From Penicillus capitatus (taxonomy: Eukaryota > Plantae > Chlorophyta), in NCBI GenBank assembly GCA_965649825.1, contig OZ287699.1, positions 124,001 to 188,000 on the forward strand: 64,000 bases of DNA, read 5' to 3'. The notes beneath the pieces were generated by a model, which saw only the letters and a list, made by a program, of their open reading frames with translations, had not been told where the DNA came from and did not search any database. Each line of letters begins with the position of its first letter. Position 1 is the stretch's first letter. Shown here piece after piece: positions 1-14,770 of this stretch. A program made the translations under genes and the position numbers.

Positions 1-2571
1 TGGAGAGAATCCGACGGCTGCGGCTTCCTTCACATCTTTGACAGATTTCATGACGACGTACTCCAACTCGACACAGCTAACCTATCGTGATGGTGTCACA
101 TCAGTCACCTCCTCTTCATCCATCAGACCTTGATGCCGCCGAGATTCATGGTGTCATCACAGCGCCCTCTGGAAAAGTAGACGCCATTCAACTTGGCAAA
201 GGCATCGCCGTGTCGTCTCAGTCGATAATGATGCTCTCCGTAGGGCGGCATTCCTTGATAATACACTTCGGCATGATTCCTGTTGAGGAGCTTCTGTGAT
301 AGACCGAACATCGGAGGCTCAACAGAGAGTTCCCTGTATAGACTCTGCCTCGCTAGCGAGCCAAAGACGCGATGTACGGGACAGACCCTTCGAAGACGTC
401 CACTGCTCGGATGTCTTGAACACGGTCGTCCGCAACGAGCACGACGGAACTGCCGATGATCGGTGTGGTAAAGGCAGACGGTGTCTGTGGGTAGACCAGA
501 CAACTAGAGATGTAGGCGCCACCCATCTCTGTCCCTAACCAGACATAGATACCGAGAGGGGATCCGGTCGGGGAGGGGTGGACCTCCACAGTACTCGACG
601 ATGGGCTTGTATCCAGCCTGGGCCATGAGCCAATGATACTCTTCGTAACTGGAAGCTTCGCCCGTTGAACTGAAGCACTCAATACGGCTCCAATCGCATC
701 CCTGAAAACGGTAAAGCCCCTCGGTCAAAGGCGGCCTCCTGATGGACGGCCGAGATCGACTTGTGTCATCTTTCTGTCTCTCCACGCTCTCACCATCGAC
801 GGTATCACGCCCAACATCGTCACCTTTGCCACTTCCACGAATTTGCAGAAAGCGGGCGTTGATGGAGAGCCCTGAAGACAGAGGGCTTCTCTGGTGAGAT
901 AGAAATATCGAAGGTGGTGGGTGTGCTTGAAAGAGAGCAATGGGTGCTTTGTTCAAGTAGGCGCTGTAGAGCAGCCATGGACCCATCATCCATCCCAGAC
1001 TTGTCGGCCAACAGACCACACTGTTGCTGTGAATGTTCTGCGCCATCATTCCATCCACTCCACACTTGATCGGTGTGAGATGTGTCCACGCAATGGCCTT
1101 GGGTATTCCCTAAATCACAGGCAGAACGCTCTGTGACGTCACATCAGCGCTACTGGAAGAAGACGACCGTTGTCCCAGAGGAGAAGAGGATATTCGATGA
1201 AGCATAACCGTCGCACGAGATAGGGCAGAAATCTGCAGACGCGTCGCACGTTTCTAGAAATGCTTGGAAGGACAGATCTCCTGATTCCAGTGCTCCCTAC
1301 ATCACACATTTATCACAGATTTCTTAGCTGTCACATCACATGAAGAGTTTTCAGATTCTCCGGACAGACGATACAGATCGCAGATGTCGCTTGAGCGATC
1401 TTGCTGTACAGATGATGGACCTTGTTCGATCGACGGACGACATCCTAACCGTCCACAGATTTTTCATCGAGTGATCTGAGGGATGGATGCTTGCTTGAGT
1501 GAAGATGAGCTTGGCATCGGCGATTGCCAGACGAGTCTTGACTTCTGGCGTCGCAAAGGAATCCGCAATCGATACCACGACGCATCCAGCCAAGACGATT
1601 CCAAGGTAAATCGCAACGGAGACGGCTGTCATTGGCAGATAGACAGCCACACTCGTGCCTGGATTCCAACGTGAGTGGCGGCTGTCACATCACGTCCAGT
1701 AGATAACGCACCGGGTGTGCACTGGACGGCAACGGCAGATGCAATGCGATAACTCAATTGCTCGAGCTCACTCCCTGACATAAAACATAGCTCATCCGGT
1801 CGATTCTCCTAAGATCCGACACGTGAGCGCCGAGGGAGATGAATAGGATGGGTGGACGTCTGCCCAGATGATGGCCTTGTCTGCATCGGAGATGGCATGC
1901 AATGCCATGTGTGCAGCATTCAAGCGGCATCCTTCGAACCAAACGATCCCGTCCTCATCCGAAGCATGCGTAAGAATTCTGTCCATCCAGTCGATATCGT
2001 ACGCGGCGAGGCATGCGGGAGGGAACCTTTTGGGTGCGGCGTCAAAGTACAGGCCCATGAATTCGATGATCCGCCTCCAGTAGCATTCAGGGTCACGCCA
2101 TGCGAGATCCAAAAGATCTTCAAAATCCTGCCGGTAGCACTCCACACTGTCATCGTCGGCCGATGTCACCTATCAGGCAGCTTCATTTCTGACCATCCAA
2201 AGAGGCATCTCACACCTCTGCCTTCAGTGATCGCATGAATCTGGAGATGTTGAGGTTGGAGAGGGTTGCCAGTGAGGGATACCACAAAGGCGGCAAATGG
2301 TGAGGATAAGAAGCGAAGAAGTGTTTCCGGATGATAACGTGTGCTTCGAATGGAAGAGAGGGCGTCAGGATGTGTGCAACCAACAACATCCACACCTGCA
2401 TCCACAGAGGTGCCTGACAAATGATGGGACGTTTGGCATCTCCTCTTTCACCTCTCCTGCGGAACGATCGTGATGATCCCGAACGATCTGCTGATATCGT
2501 TGGCAGAGACTCGCCGCTTCCGAGTCGATAAGACCTGCATCGACGAGCGCCTGCTGCGGGACCTCGTCCAT
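1..2571 (-). CDS. AAE17: Acyl-activating enzyme 17/18-like AMP-dependent synthetase; multi-exon, runs off the left edge
   Basis: Spliced minus-strand exons encode WFEGCRLNAA, AIYLGIVLAGCVVVSIADSFA, VVCWPTSLGWMMGPWLLY, FSSTGEAS, EYCGG, GRCDDTMNLGGIKVSCVELE, which are characteristic of plant AAE17/18. ATG at 2571 (MDEVPQQALVDAGL). Confidence 0.9.
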
Positions 2572-3151
2572 GCTTTGTCAGATGACAAGACGTCTGCAGG
2601 ACGTAATGAAGTCAAGCAGAACGCACGCTCACGTCACATCAGGACGAAGCGCCCTCCACTCCGTAACGTTTGTTCACAAACCCGATGCGTATCGCTCCCT
2701 TCTACCTTCAGCATCTGTATTCCTTATTCACGCGTTATCGTCGGCGAACGCGTCGTGCCTCTGACGATCAGCAGGTCATAGAGAATGGTTGAGGTCATAG
2801 AGGTTGATGCTTCGTCATCCTATCGTCATGATAAGACAGGGTGATCCGAGTGAGCAAGTGAGGCCAATGAAGGACACCGTGGATAACTATATGCGTTTGT
2901 GACCACAGAACAGCTATCTTACGTAATGACTGCCTAGGTGAACCTTCTCATAAACCCTACTGCCGACGTCGACCAAATCTTATTCGCACGAGGCCGTAAA
3001 CCCGTGTCACAAGTGCTCGCATCAAGTCTTCTTCTGCGAAGAGACGTGTCACACTGACATTGCGAATCTGAGGTGTCACTTGTACCTATATAAGGCCGTT
3101 GAATACCGGTCGGTTTATATTCAGGACGCCCATTCCTTTTCGGCTTCCGCA

Positions 3152-6100
3152 ATGACACGGCACACAACAGCGGCACTTGTAGTCCTGCTTCTCCTACTCA
3201 ACGCCACTTACGCGACGCACCTAGACACCAAGGCGCGTGACCTTATAGGTAATTTTAACAACCGACCGACGCATTGGTATCCGAATGCGTCAACGTACGC
3301 TTCTTGCCGTTTTCCCTTCGTGCTGCGACGAACGCGTAACGTATTTTGGCGAGCACTATTGGCAAAGGCCAATTCTGATCCACCTGACTGTTGTTATCTC
3401 TACGGTGCAAATGTGGCTGTCTAGGAAGTGTCACTGTCAAACAAACGGACTCCCATCAGCGCGAAGAGGAGAAGCTCGCGAAAGCAACGACGTACGGAAC
3501 GACGGACTCCTTGTCTTCTTTCACACGGGAGAACCGTAACGGTCGGCAACTTCGTCAGAGCGACAACGGTAGGCGAATGGCATTCTCCTTGCAGTTGGCG
3601 AGCCCTCCTTTGTGCGACAGACGTAACATGCGATGAACTCGAGCTGTCTTTCTACGACGCTGCCAGTGGGACGTGGAATGTCACCCGTGAGGTTGAGCCC
3701 TATGGAGGACTTTCTGAAGTCGTGAAGTGCACCCAAGACAACGACACCATCAAGATCGCAGAATCGATAGCTTCTCTGGCACTTCAGGAAACCATCATCG
3801 TTGACAAAGCCATTACCATTACGACCAGCACAAATGTCCAATCACATACGGATGACACGGACCAGCCGGCGACACGGAAGACGAACTTGACCTGCCCAGA
3901 CGAACAGAGTGGCGTGTTTGATATCAGGTAGGTATCGGGTGTGGCATCATGACGATGACTGTGAGCATAGGGCTTCTGGTGTTGTTCTGGAGAACCTCAT
4001 TATCCATAGCTGTGACTTGACCAAAGGGGCAAAATCGCCGATCACTGTCCGAGGCGTCGGCAGCATCGCGCTAGTGAATGTGGAATTCAGAGACAATCAG
4101 CATGTTCCTGGCAATCCTTCGGCGCTGTCCTTTGCAAAGGCGGCTGGATCTTCATTGACGATGACGGATGTGATTTTCGAGGGGAATGGTGGTGGGTCTT
4201 CTGTAGTGGAGTTTCCCCAGGTAGTCGAGATGAGAAATGTTATGGCAAAGAGCAATGGAGCAAAGACTGCAGTCTTCAAAGTCCCATCGGAATCGAACAC
4301 CACTATTGTGGATCTCGAAGCTGTCGACAATGACGTGACAGTTGTGCGTCTACAGGAGGCACACTTGTCGCTTTCTAGATCTGACTTCACTCGCAATAAG
4401 AATGCAGATGGTCCTGGCGGCGCTTTAAGGATCACAGAGGGTTCGACTGTGACCATCTCGGACTGCCGCTTCGAAGGCAACGAAGCGAACGATGGAGGGG
4501 CTCTCTATGTCACCGACTCAAATATCACTCTGGTGAAGACGGTGTTCAAGAAACAGAATGCCAGTAATGACGGCGCTGCCTGCTACTTCAGAGATGCCAA
4601 TGCGACTGTGACAACATGCATCTTCAAAGAGAACAACGCAAAGAACGACGCAGGGGCGATTCGTGCAGAGGAAGGAAGCCTGTCATGTCAAGGAAGCAAA
4701 TTCTTAAGGAACGCAGCACAGAATACGGGTGGCTGCTTGAAGCTCGATCGAAGCAGAACAGTCCTCGAAGAATCAAAGTTCATCAAAAATAAGGCCACTT
4801 TCGGTGGAGTGTTTCGATCGGAGAATTCAATCGAGACGACGGTATCAAGATGCACGATCGTGGGCAATGTTGCCGAGAACACTGGCGGTGCTTGTGCTTT
4901 CGATGCCGACATCTTCACGATCACAGACTCTGTATTGAAGAACAACAACGCAGCCTACGGTTCTGCCCTCTTTGCTCAGAAGTCGAAACTAGGATCGAAG
5001 ATTGTGAACACAGTGTATGAAGGAAATCATGCGACGCTCCTCGGAGGAGTGGGTCTTCTTGACTTCGGGAACTTGACGCTGCGCAACGTCAACTTTACAA
5101 GAAACCATGCATACTTGGGAGGTGGATTTTACTTTCTGAACATGTCTGTGAATGGAGCGGAGCTCGTCTTCACCGAGAACAGTGCTTCAGAAGGCGGCGC
5201 ATTTGTGGCAGTGGCATCAAAGATTAACATCCGCCCACGCACCCGATCTGGCTCAAGGGCCACCTCTTTTGGAATGAGAGCCGTTCGGAATGTTGCGAGA
5301 AACGGGGGAGGGGTAAGTGCTGTGCATTTAATCGTTTCTTTTTTTGAGTTGTGGTCGACAGGCAGTGCAAGTGGACAATGCAACGATGCTTATCAACGAT
5401 GGAGAGTTTGTGAACTGTTCTGGAGTCGAAGGCGGAGCCATCAGAGTATTGGGATGGGCGCTTGATGTCCGCATCAAGAACAGCAAGTTTTCAGGCAACA
5501 GTGCCGAGGAATCGGGCGGAAGTGTCTATGCAAGGGCAGACGATGGCAGTTCTGCCAGTCTGAGCTTCGAAAACGTCTCATTCCACGGAAGCACCTCGAG
5601 ACAAGCTGGTGGCGCGTGCTATCTGTCGTCTATCAACACAACCATCAGAAACTGTGACTTTCAGGAGTGCAGTTCCGTGTATGGAGGTGCACTTATGTTG
5701 CGGAGAGGATTGAATCCCAAACAGTCTGTGGAGATCATTGGATCGATAATAGAGAACAACTCTGCCGAGGCAAATGGCGGGGGAATACATGTATCAACAA
5801 AAATGACTGTATTGCTGGAATCGACAATCATCTCAAAGAACAGCGCACCTCAACAAAGCGGTGGCGGGATCGCTGCTGACGATGCCACTATATCACTGGT
5901 CAATGCGAAGATCCTAGGGAACGAAGCCCAGAAAGGAGGTGGAATTGCCGTGCTCAACAAATCCAAAATCTCTGTTCACACAACGTATTTTTCTGAGAAC
6001 ATTGCCGATGGCGGCGGCGGACTCTTTATGCAAGACGTCAAGGATGCGACGATTCAGAAAACGGAGCTCAGAAACAACAAGGCTGATGGAAAAGGTGGAG

Positions 6101-9058
6101 GGATACTTCTCAAAAACGCCGTCTGCGAAGGCGACGGTGTTCGATTCGTTGGAAACAAAGCCACAGATGGAGGCGGCCTTGCGATCGATCAGAGTTCCCG
6201 TGTCCTTTGCAGCAGATGCCGCCTAAAGAACAATAAGGCTAGCGGAAATGGAGGCGGACTCCATGCAAAGGCCGGAGGAGACAGCAACAAGATCAGTGCT
6301 CAGTTGGACAGATGTACGTTTTCTGGCAACAGAGCCGTCTTCGGGGGTGGCATCTACTACCGGAAACTGACGAGTTCAGAAGACAGAGATACCTCCTCCC
6401 AGGAACAGAATGCGAAAATCCAAGGCATCGTGCTCATCAACGCTTCGTTTTCTGGCAATGCCGCAGAGAAGAAAGGACCCGCTGTGCACTCCAATCGCAA
6501 GTCACTGGTATCGGTCCTATGTCCAAAATCAGCCACAGACATCTCACCGAATTTCATACTAAAGCCAGAAGAAATCGAATGGCTCAGAGAAATCAGTCAT
6601 GATGAAGAGACGTGTCGCAAAGAAGCCATTCGAGGCAACAACGAATCAGCCGCCTTCACGACATACGTCAGGAAGATTGAATTGGTTGGTGATGAATTGA
6701 CGTATTTGAACTCCAATGTCTATCAGCTGTCCGAGATCGTGTCGGGAAGTGTTCTGCCAACGATCACGGTGACTCCACTCGATGACTATGGTCAGTCCCC
6801 CGCCCTATCTCTCAAGGACGATTTGAGTCCGAAGCTCAAGGGCAACACGTTGGTCGGCGGCGTCTTCTCGGCAAGCCTGAATGAGGACGGCAGCTATTCC
6901 TTCTCTGGCATCCGGACGAACGTCACGCGTCCGGGACAGTACAATTTAACCATTACCTTCTTGGAGGTGGATAACTTAAAGGAGATCACGATTTCGGTAA
7001 TCGCCAGGGAATGTCATGTCGGCGAAACGCAGAAGAGTCATGGCGTCTACTGTGAACTGTGTGGTCCCGATGCATACACTGTCTTCCCCAGCGAGACCGG
7101 TTGTCTCTCCTGTCCCTTGAATGCGAACTGCACTGGGAACTTCACTTTTGCCCAAGTGGGCTACTGGTTGCCGTCTCCCTGTCACAATCGCACTGTCGAA
7201 TGCCTCAATTCCGAAGCCTGTAATGGAGAGAACACATCCGAGACACCCGCTGCTGCCCAAACACACAGCGACAAGCTTTATCATTTTACAGAAGAGCTGG
7301 AGACGATATGCCCCGTCAGTCCAGATGATATCAGCGCCTTCCAAAACCTGCAGTGTGGAGAGGTACATCTGAATGCTCAGCTAAACAGTGAGAAATGCGA
7401 GCTTGTGTGTCAGGGACACAGTGGCGTGCTTTGTGGGGAGTGTGAGGAGGGTTATGGTCTCACATCTGTCTACCGCTGCATCAAATGTCTTCCCAAGCAT
7501 GTCCTCGTTTTATTACTCGTGCTGGCTGCCAGTTGGATCTACCTCGTTGTTATCATCGCCATCCGTGGCAACCACGTCAAATCAAGACAGCTGCTGAGGG
7601 ATCTCATGGGTCAGCACGCTCATCAACTGCCTCCTCGGAAAAAGAGATCTCTGTCGAGAAGATTGCGAAGAATGGCCAGTCATCGCAACAAACGCGGGCA
7701 TCGTTCATTGCCCTCCGAAGGCGAATCTTCAGTCCTCGAGGTTTCTATCGGCGGCAGACCACAGGCAGATCCCTTTAAAGACAGAGAAGCTCTCCTGGCA
7801 AAGTGGCAAGTGTGCGAAATTATCAAGGTACCTCCTTCCCGCCTTCTCTTCTTCAGCAACCAGGCGGATGCAGATTCTCGTTAATTTTCTGCAAGCGATC
7901 TCGATTGCTGTACTCATCAATGTGGAGTGGAAGCAGTACGTTCTGGATGTCTTTCGCGCATCAGGTACAGCAAAGATCGGTGTTCAGAAAGTGTGATCGA
8001 CCGGCCTGATGTTTACAGATCTCGCGAGTGGAGCAACGGTCGAAGCCGTTTCCAATGCTGTCTACTGTCTGGGAGCGGGTAAGACGGTACATCCGAGTGT
8101 ATGGAGTGCCCTTGTCGTTTTCTTCGGACCCTTTCTGATCGCCTTGACGTTTGGCATCTTCTACACGGCGATCACGATGGGAGGCGTCATGAACAAGACG
8201 GTGGCAGCAAAGCAGTTTGTTTTGAGTTTCTTTGCCATCTTGTACTTCAACTACTCCAACATCACAAGACAGAGCCTAAGCGTTTTTCTCTGCATCGGCG
8301 TGCCAGACGATGATTTCACTAAACCCGATTCTATGCGATACGTCTGGGCACAGGACACATCCCTGGAATGCAAAACGGGTCAACATCGAACGCTGACAGT
8401 GCTGACGGCTCTGTTTATCGGTCTCCTTTCTTTTGGCTTTCCCATTGCGTGTTCTTTTACACATTACTCTTATAATCAGCTCAAGAATCTCGAGCCATCC
8501 GGAAGCCTTTACGATGTCCTCGGCTTCATGTTTCGAGCCTATGATAGTCAGTATCGCTACTGGGAAAGCTTGATCATGTTGCGCAAGGCATGTCTATCGG
8601 TGGCGGCTGTTTTCTCTTACCGTTTGGGCGGCACGACCCAGAGTTTACTGGCCACGACGATCCTCATCATCTGTCTGTATTTTCACACAACGTGCCGTCC
8701 ATTCCGGGAGGAGTTTAACGGTCTGAATAAATACGAGTCCTATTCGCTGATCGTTTCCTGCATGACGTATTTACTCGCAGGTTTCTTTACGGACGGCAGA
8801 GCGGCCGAATGGGTCAAAGTGGGGCTGTCTATATTCCTTATCGTTCTCATCGTTGGATTTCCCCTTATGATCCTTCGGCTCCTTTTCGAGAGCATCATCT
8901 GGTATTTTGAAGCTGAGCTCTCGGCTGCCAACATCGATTTTTGTGATTATTCTTCTTTTCGTCTGGCTTTGGCGTGGGCAAGGTATCGGATGGGGTACAC
9001 TAATGAAGACACAGAGAATGACAACACTGTGACCGTCGAGATGACAAGCGTGGCATAA
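3152..9058 (+). CDS. Large surface protein: signal peptide, right-handed beta-helix (Pmp-like GGA[IL]/FxxN repeats), Cys-rich repeats, multi-pass membrane C-terminus
   Basis: MTRHTTAALVVLLLLLNATYA signal peptide; many FxxNxAxxGGA repeats in ORFs 3909-5465 and 5344-7884; CELC..CLSCPLNANC..GYW and GVLCGECEEGY Cys modules; about nine hydrophobic segments with YWExxxxxRK and RPF motifs in ORF 8009-9058; TGTAA at about 9126. Confidence 0.85.
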
Positions 9059-9675
9059 TACTAATCAAAAATGACATCACGCATTTCTGTCAACACCTCA
9101 CATATGTTTGACATGTCTCATTGCATGTAACGAAGCTTTAGAGAAGCGACCGACTCCATAAAACGCAGAACATTGCTAGAAGGGACAGAAGCGTCTCTCC
9201 GTCATCCACAGAGATCCCTTGCGTCGTGCGCTTGCCAGATTGGACAGCGATCGACTGCGTCGGGCCTTGTAGTGTTTGAAGAGGTCGGTAAGGGTCAACT
9301 GTCCCGTCAGACTGTCCTCGCGCTGCCACCTCATCTCGGGCCGCCTTTCCGTCGTCGTTACACGCGCGGCTCACTCGGTGCTTCGTCGTTACCGCCATTC
9401 CGACGCGGTCTTATCGGTTCCTTACGGTGAACACAAAGTGCGCCGTAGATGCGCTGTAGACAACGCGATATTAGCTAAGCCTTAGCCAACCGTTCAGCGA
9501 CCTCAGCGCGCCGCCCGACAAACGCCTCATTCGTCGCCTCATTTTGTATATTCTTTGCTGCAGACACGGTTTCCGACACGGAAACAGAGTTCAACGAATC
9601 CCTGTCTAGTGTATGCATCATGTCTACAGGTTCTCTGCGCGCCATTTTTCTCCCTGTCACATGTGCATTGCTCAG

Positions 9676-10855
9676 AGGGGTGCGGTTCTAGCAACGGTGT
9701 TAACTACACGTACAAGGTCGGTAACAATTCATGGTTTGGACACTGCAAGGTAAGGCGCTCGACAGCATCCTTTCGGTCAACACGAGACGTGCGTGTGTAG
9801 TGTAACATACACAGATACTTCTTAGCAGCGGGGCCTCGACGATTCTACACAGAAGACCTATCTGTCGCTGGTAGACGATGGTGAGGGCACGATATCGAAA
9901 CGGAAAGCTGCATCCTGTCTCTCTAGGTGTTTGGAGTTCTCACACACGAAAGATGGTCTGTTCAGTGCGCGTCTCGTTCTGGTGAGTAAATCTTCGGTAA
10001 AGGCTCAATTCAGCATATCCGTGCTGAATCATGCACGTCCAGAAAAGGACGTAGACACGTGTGGTGGGTGACTCTTGGATAGCGATGGCTACGGACTAAG
10101 TGTGTCGTCCAGGTGGTTGTTTTCTCTTTCATCCGACAGCATCTAGCGGCAATTCCGAAATGTGCACGATTGAGGAGATCCAAGATCGTTCGAACGGATA
10201 TCTGTCTGGCGATAGCTTCACTGTATATCTAAAAATTCGCCAGGCCATCCCAGAGAACCAAGAATTCTCTCTCTCCTCGCACGGAACGTCATGCACAGCA
10301 ACCGTAGCGACAGACCCCTGTCACAAGAACGCATCACATACGTTGTGTGTCTGTCTACAGTGGAAACTGCGCCATGTGCATCAGCTCTCTCCGACTGAGC
10401 TCGTCAGTGAGGATTTCAGCATGGGCAACTCGCAATGGTGTGATCGACACACGCCTCAATGAGGAGTATTGTTTATGGGATTGTGCTGTTCAGGTACCTC
10501 TCGATCCATCCTGGTGATCGACTGGGTAGGGGCGACCATGTCGGCGTCTATCTCCACTCTCTCAATGCGTCTCCCATCAAGATTGCCGCACGTCTGACAG
10601 TGGTGAACCATAAATCCCATAGAAAGAACCTGACATCAGGTTGTGCTGCTCCGATTCGGCATCCCTCTCGCCCACACGTCTGTTCTAGGTTTCATGCGCG
10701 TCTATGATAGACCATCTGGGTACGGATTTGGACAGATCTTGACGACAGCAGCGGTTCAAGATCCATCACTCGGATTCCTCAGCAAAGGCTGGGTGACGAT
10801 CGTGGCAGAAGTTTTCCGACGGGATGGCGATCTTCACCCAATGAACACCGAATAG
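9676..10855 (+). CDS. Tandem MATH(TRAF)-MATH protein without a RING; 5' end not resolved
   Basis: Exons give CNIHRYFLAAGPRRFYTEDLSVAGRRW and WKLRHVHQLSPTELVSEDFSMGNSQW...VGVYLHSL...GYGFGQIL...DPSLGFLSKGWVTIVAEV, followed by a stop at 10855. Confidence 0.8.
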
Positions 10856-13068
10856 TGTTGGATATCAGCACAGCAGCGTCAAGGAAGACGATGCGTCACC
10901 TTCTCACAGGAACAGACTTGCGCTTTCTTCTGTGCCATAACACACCTGTGAGATGACGCATCCGTGATAGACCATTCCTTTACTCTTTTAAACTATGGAC
11001 GGGTTATAAAAGAACTGCCAAATGCTTCTCGATGAAGCTTTGGACGCCTTGCCTGCAGAAGAATCAGATTTTTATCAGATTTGATGAACATTTTGTCTCT
11101 CTACTCTTGGACGTCTCGTCTACTCTTTATACATCGCCGATAGTCTGTGACATCATGTATGACAACATTCGTTTGTCATATTCACTTGTCGTGAAGGGCA
11201 CTGTAGCTCAGATGTGACAGCCCACGATTCGACTCAAAGATTGATGCCAGTCGGGATCAACACACATACGATTGTTCATTTTTGTTCAGCCTCATGCAGT
11301 TCTGCCTTAAGCAGCAGACAATGAGGTTCTGTTTGTGTTGATACCTTAAAGAATACGTTGGTTTGTTGACTATGATGGACTGTAACGACAAAGACATGAT
11401 TTGACGAATGACAAATAAGGACATTCTTCGGCGATTCAACAAGTGTGCACCGCTGTGTAATAACGCATTCCCATCGAACGTCTACCGTGCGTCAGTTCGA
11501 TCAGAATCGAACTCGCGAGCTGTCGCGATCTTCGCGATCTCATCGCTGCCACTGACGCACGTCTGTCAAAGTCGATCGTATTGTAGACATATGGATAGAT
11601 AGACTCCTTTTTGCCGTGGCTATCGGTCAGTGAGCTGTGTGTCGTACACAGTCTGTGCGGCAGAGATGGAGTCTTCGTGGTCTGTTTGTCGATGGGGCAG
11701 AAGCTCAGTGGTCGTCGCCTTCAAAAACGAGTTTGATTTTCGGCGATAGTGTGAACGCTTTGGATCGGCACCTTCTGCTAGCCTCTCGTGGCGCGACATC
11801 GGGGCACTGACAAGTTTCTCCACTCTCTTCAACAACGCGGTGCATCTCTACGCTTCGAGTTCAACGAAGAAGAATGTGAAACCATGTTCACTTTCCTATG
11901 GGTGTTCATAGTTTTCTGGCCGAATGCGTTGCTATTCTCACACACGGATATTCGAGAACAGGCTCTTCGAAAGAGGAAGTCACAGGAGATAGATACCTTG
12001 TGAACGGAATGTGGAATATCAGTTGTGAATCGAGTCAGCACTTATCGATTAGCATCGTTCTGTTCTCTGCGCAATTTGACACAACGATGCAGCTGTGATC
12101 CGTGAACTTGATGCGACGGACGCTTTAAGATTCTTCCCGCTCATGGCGTTGTGAGGGGCGTGTCATTCTCATTTTCTGATTCGATCAAAATGAGGTGCTG
12201 TATTGATATGGTTTTGAGATCTCGTCTTAGGCCGATATTGGCGTGCGAGTAGAGGGTCTCTTTGCTGTTTGTTCCTAGTTCACTGCATGACGTCGTGTAG
12301 ATGTTAATGCTTCTTTCTTTTTGCCGAATACTACAGGAGTATGACCGACTTTTTAGCGATCGGTGCCGTGCCGTATGGATACTCACTCACTTGGCGCATT
12401 CTTCGACGCAATAGACTTCTAAACGAGAGGCTCTGCTGGCGGCACTCTGGCTACGGGTGATTGAACCTGAGAGAAACCTCATTCTACCATTGCGTATGTT
12501 TCTCTGAAGACACCTACCTCCCTGTCCTCGAGATGAATGTTTCGCCGTGGGCCAGTCATCTAGAATTGCCAACGGCGATATTAAGGATACCTTTCGTATT
12601 GAGTGTTTACCAACCATTGTCACTGAACCGCCAGAATCGAGAAATGATGACATTCACCGATTGGGAGATGAACTGTACCGAGAAGCTAGCAAGACTGAAG
12701 ACGGATAGTCATCAACGTCTGTCCTTTCCAATCGAGGACTCTCAAATGCATTCTATCTATCGGTCGACGGTTTATCGAGTCAGCAACAGTAGGATGACAG
12801 ATAAGATGCGCATCAGCTCTGAAGGAACCACGAATAGCACTTGTCTATGGCAGCGAAACATTGTCGAAGCGCACGGCACGCGAGGCGTTCTTTCGGTTTG
12901 ACAAAGAATAGACGGGCGGCGAATCGACGACTATCTCTCCGTCTCTGCTGCGCAACAGCGAATCGCAAAAGTCCGTTTGCCAAGTCAAGCGTGCTTTTGC
13001 GAATCGCAATGGGTCAAGTGTGGCGTGCACTGTTTCAAGTCACCTCATCATACCACCTGTTCTGCACA

Positions 13069-14770
13069 ATGAGACTTGGCTACGTCCGCTTCGACACGGC
13101 GTCCTTGGACAGGTGGTGGGCGCTAACCGTCTCGCAACGTACGACACTCTGACGTGCAGTATACCGAAGACCGACGCCCGCCAACGATATTTTTGCTGCG
13201 GACGCGGATCCACGAAGCGGAGGTCATTGTACAAATCCATTCTATTTTGTTTTCTCGATGGCTAAAGGTCTTCGCCTATGTCGACGATTCGCGCCCCGCA
13301 TTTTTGTTTTTGTGTTGTTCAGAAGGTTGCGGCTCCTGCAACGGCGTCAATTACACATACGCTATCACAAACAACTCGTGGTTCGGCCACTGCAACGTAC
13401 GCTCTCCGCGACGACCTTCCCCTGTCTGAGATATCCGCGAATGCACAGTGTCGAGTCCATAGATACTTTCTAAAGGCTGGACCTCTAGAATTCAGCACAA
13501 AAGACCTCGCCATCGCCGGCCGAAAATGGTCAGTGCTTGACTGTTCACTCTGTCCTCTGTCACGTGTCGGATTTCTAGGCAACTACGTTTCTCGCACTCC
13601 GAAGATGGTCTTCTTGGAGCGCAACTCATTTTGATTAGCAAGTCGTCTGTGAAGGTTCAGTACAGCGTTTCTGTGTTGAATCATATAGATCCGAATAACG
13701 ATATAGAGAACTGCGGTTAGTGGTGGGGTTTCGATGATGCATCCTATGAGCTGTGTGCATTTCGATCAGGTGGTAGTGCTCTTTTCCATCCGAAAACGGC
13801 GGGCGGCTATTCGAAAATCTGCCCGATTCATGAGATTCGAGAACGCTGCAATGGATTCCTATCTGATGACGTCTTTGTTGTACATCTCAAGATTCGCCAG
13901 AAGATACCAGAGAATGAAAATTTCAAGATCTCCTCATGCTCGTCGTCATGCACAGCGACGGTAACGGCAGCTGCACGCCACAAGGATGCGTTCATTGTAT
14001 GTCTGTCCATAGTGGAAACTGCGTCATGTGCATCAGCTCTCACCAACTGAGCTGGTGAGTGACGATTTCGGCATGGGCAACACGAAGTGGTCTGGACAGA
14101 GCACTCCACAATCGAGCAGCGTTGACGTGATGGTGGTGTCTAGGTACCTCTCGATCCATCCTGGTGATCGACTGGCCAAGAGAGAGCATGTCGGAGTCTA
14201 TCTCCATTCTCTCAATGAATTTTCTATTAAAGTTGCTGTTCGTCTTACAGTGGTGAACCACAAGTCGCGTAAGCGGAATCTACTGTCAGGTGATGCCTCT
14301 CTTCAGTGAGACGCCGCCGCTCACCTTTGATTGCACGGCAGATCTCGTTCATGCTTACAACGCGCCATCCGGGTATGGATGGAACCAGGTCTTGGAGGCG
14401 AAGGCTCTTCAGGATGAATCTCTGGGCTTTCTCAGCAACGGTTGGGTGACGATCATTGCTGAGATTTCGCAGCGAGCTAACGTTCATCAGACAGCGTCTG
14501 GTCAGGGACAACTTCGTCTCCGAGGTTCTGTTACACAACAGCAAGAAGCACGATGTGTCGTCTGTCTCGCCGAAAAACAGACATCTGGTTTCGTTCATGG
14601 AAAAATGTAGGTGTTCTGTCGAGTTCCAGTAACTGACTGCTTTCATGACTGTTCTTAGATTTCATAAATGCGTTTGTGAAGGATGCTGCAAGTTGCTTTT
14701 CGAGAAGAACTTCAGATGCCCAGTTTGTGCAGAGAAGGCAGATTCCATTATTCTAAACAATTCTCTCTAA
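13069..14770 (+). CDS. MATH-MATH-RING protein (Mdm2-type RING), paralogue of 9676-10855; start uncertain
   Basis: Same exon series as the 9.7-10.9 kb copy (GCGSCNGVNYTY, CRVHRYFLKAGPLEF, WKLRHVHQLSPTELVSDDF), then CVVC-x9-HGKIFHKCVCEGC-x9-CPVC and TAA at 14770. Confidence 0.85.
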
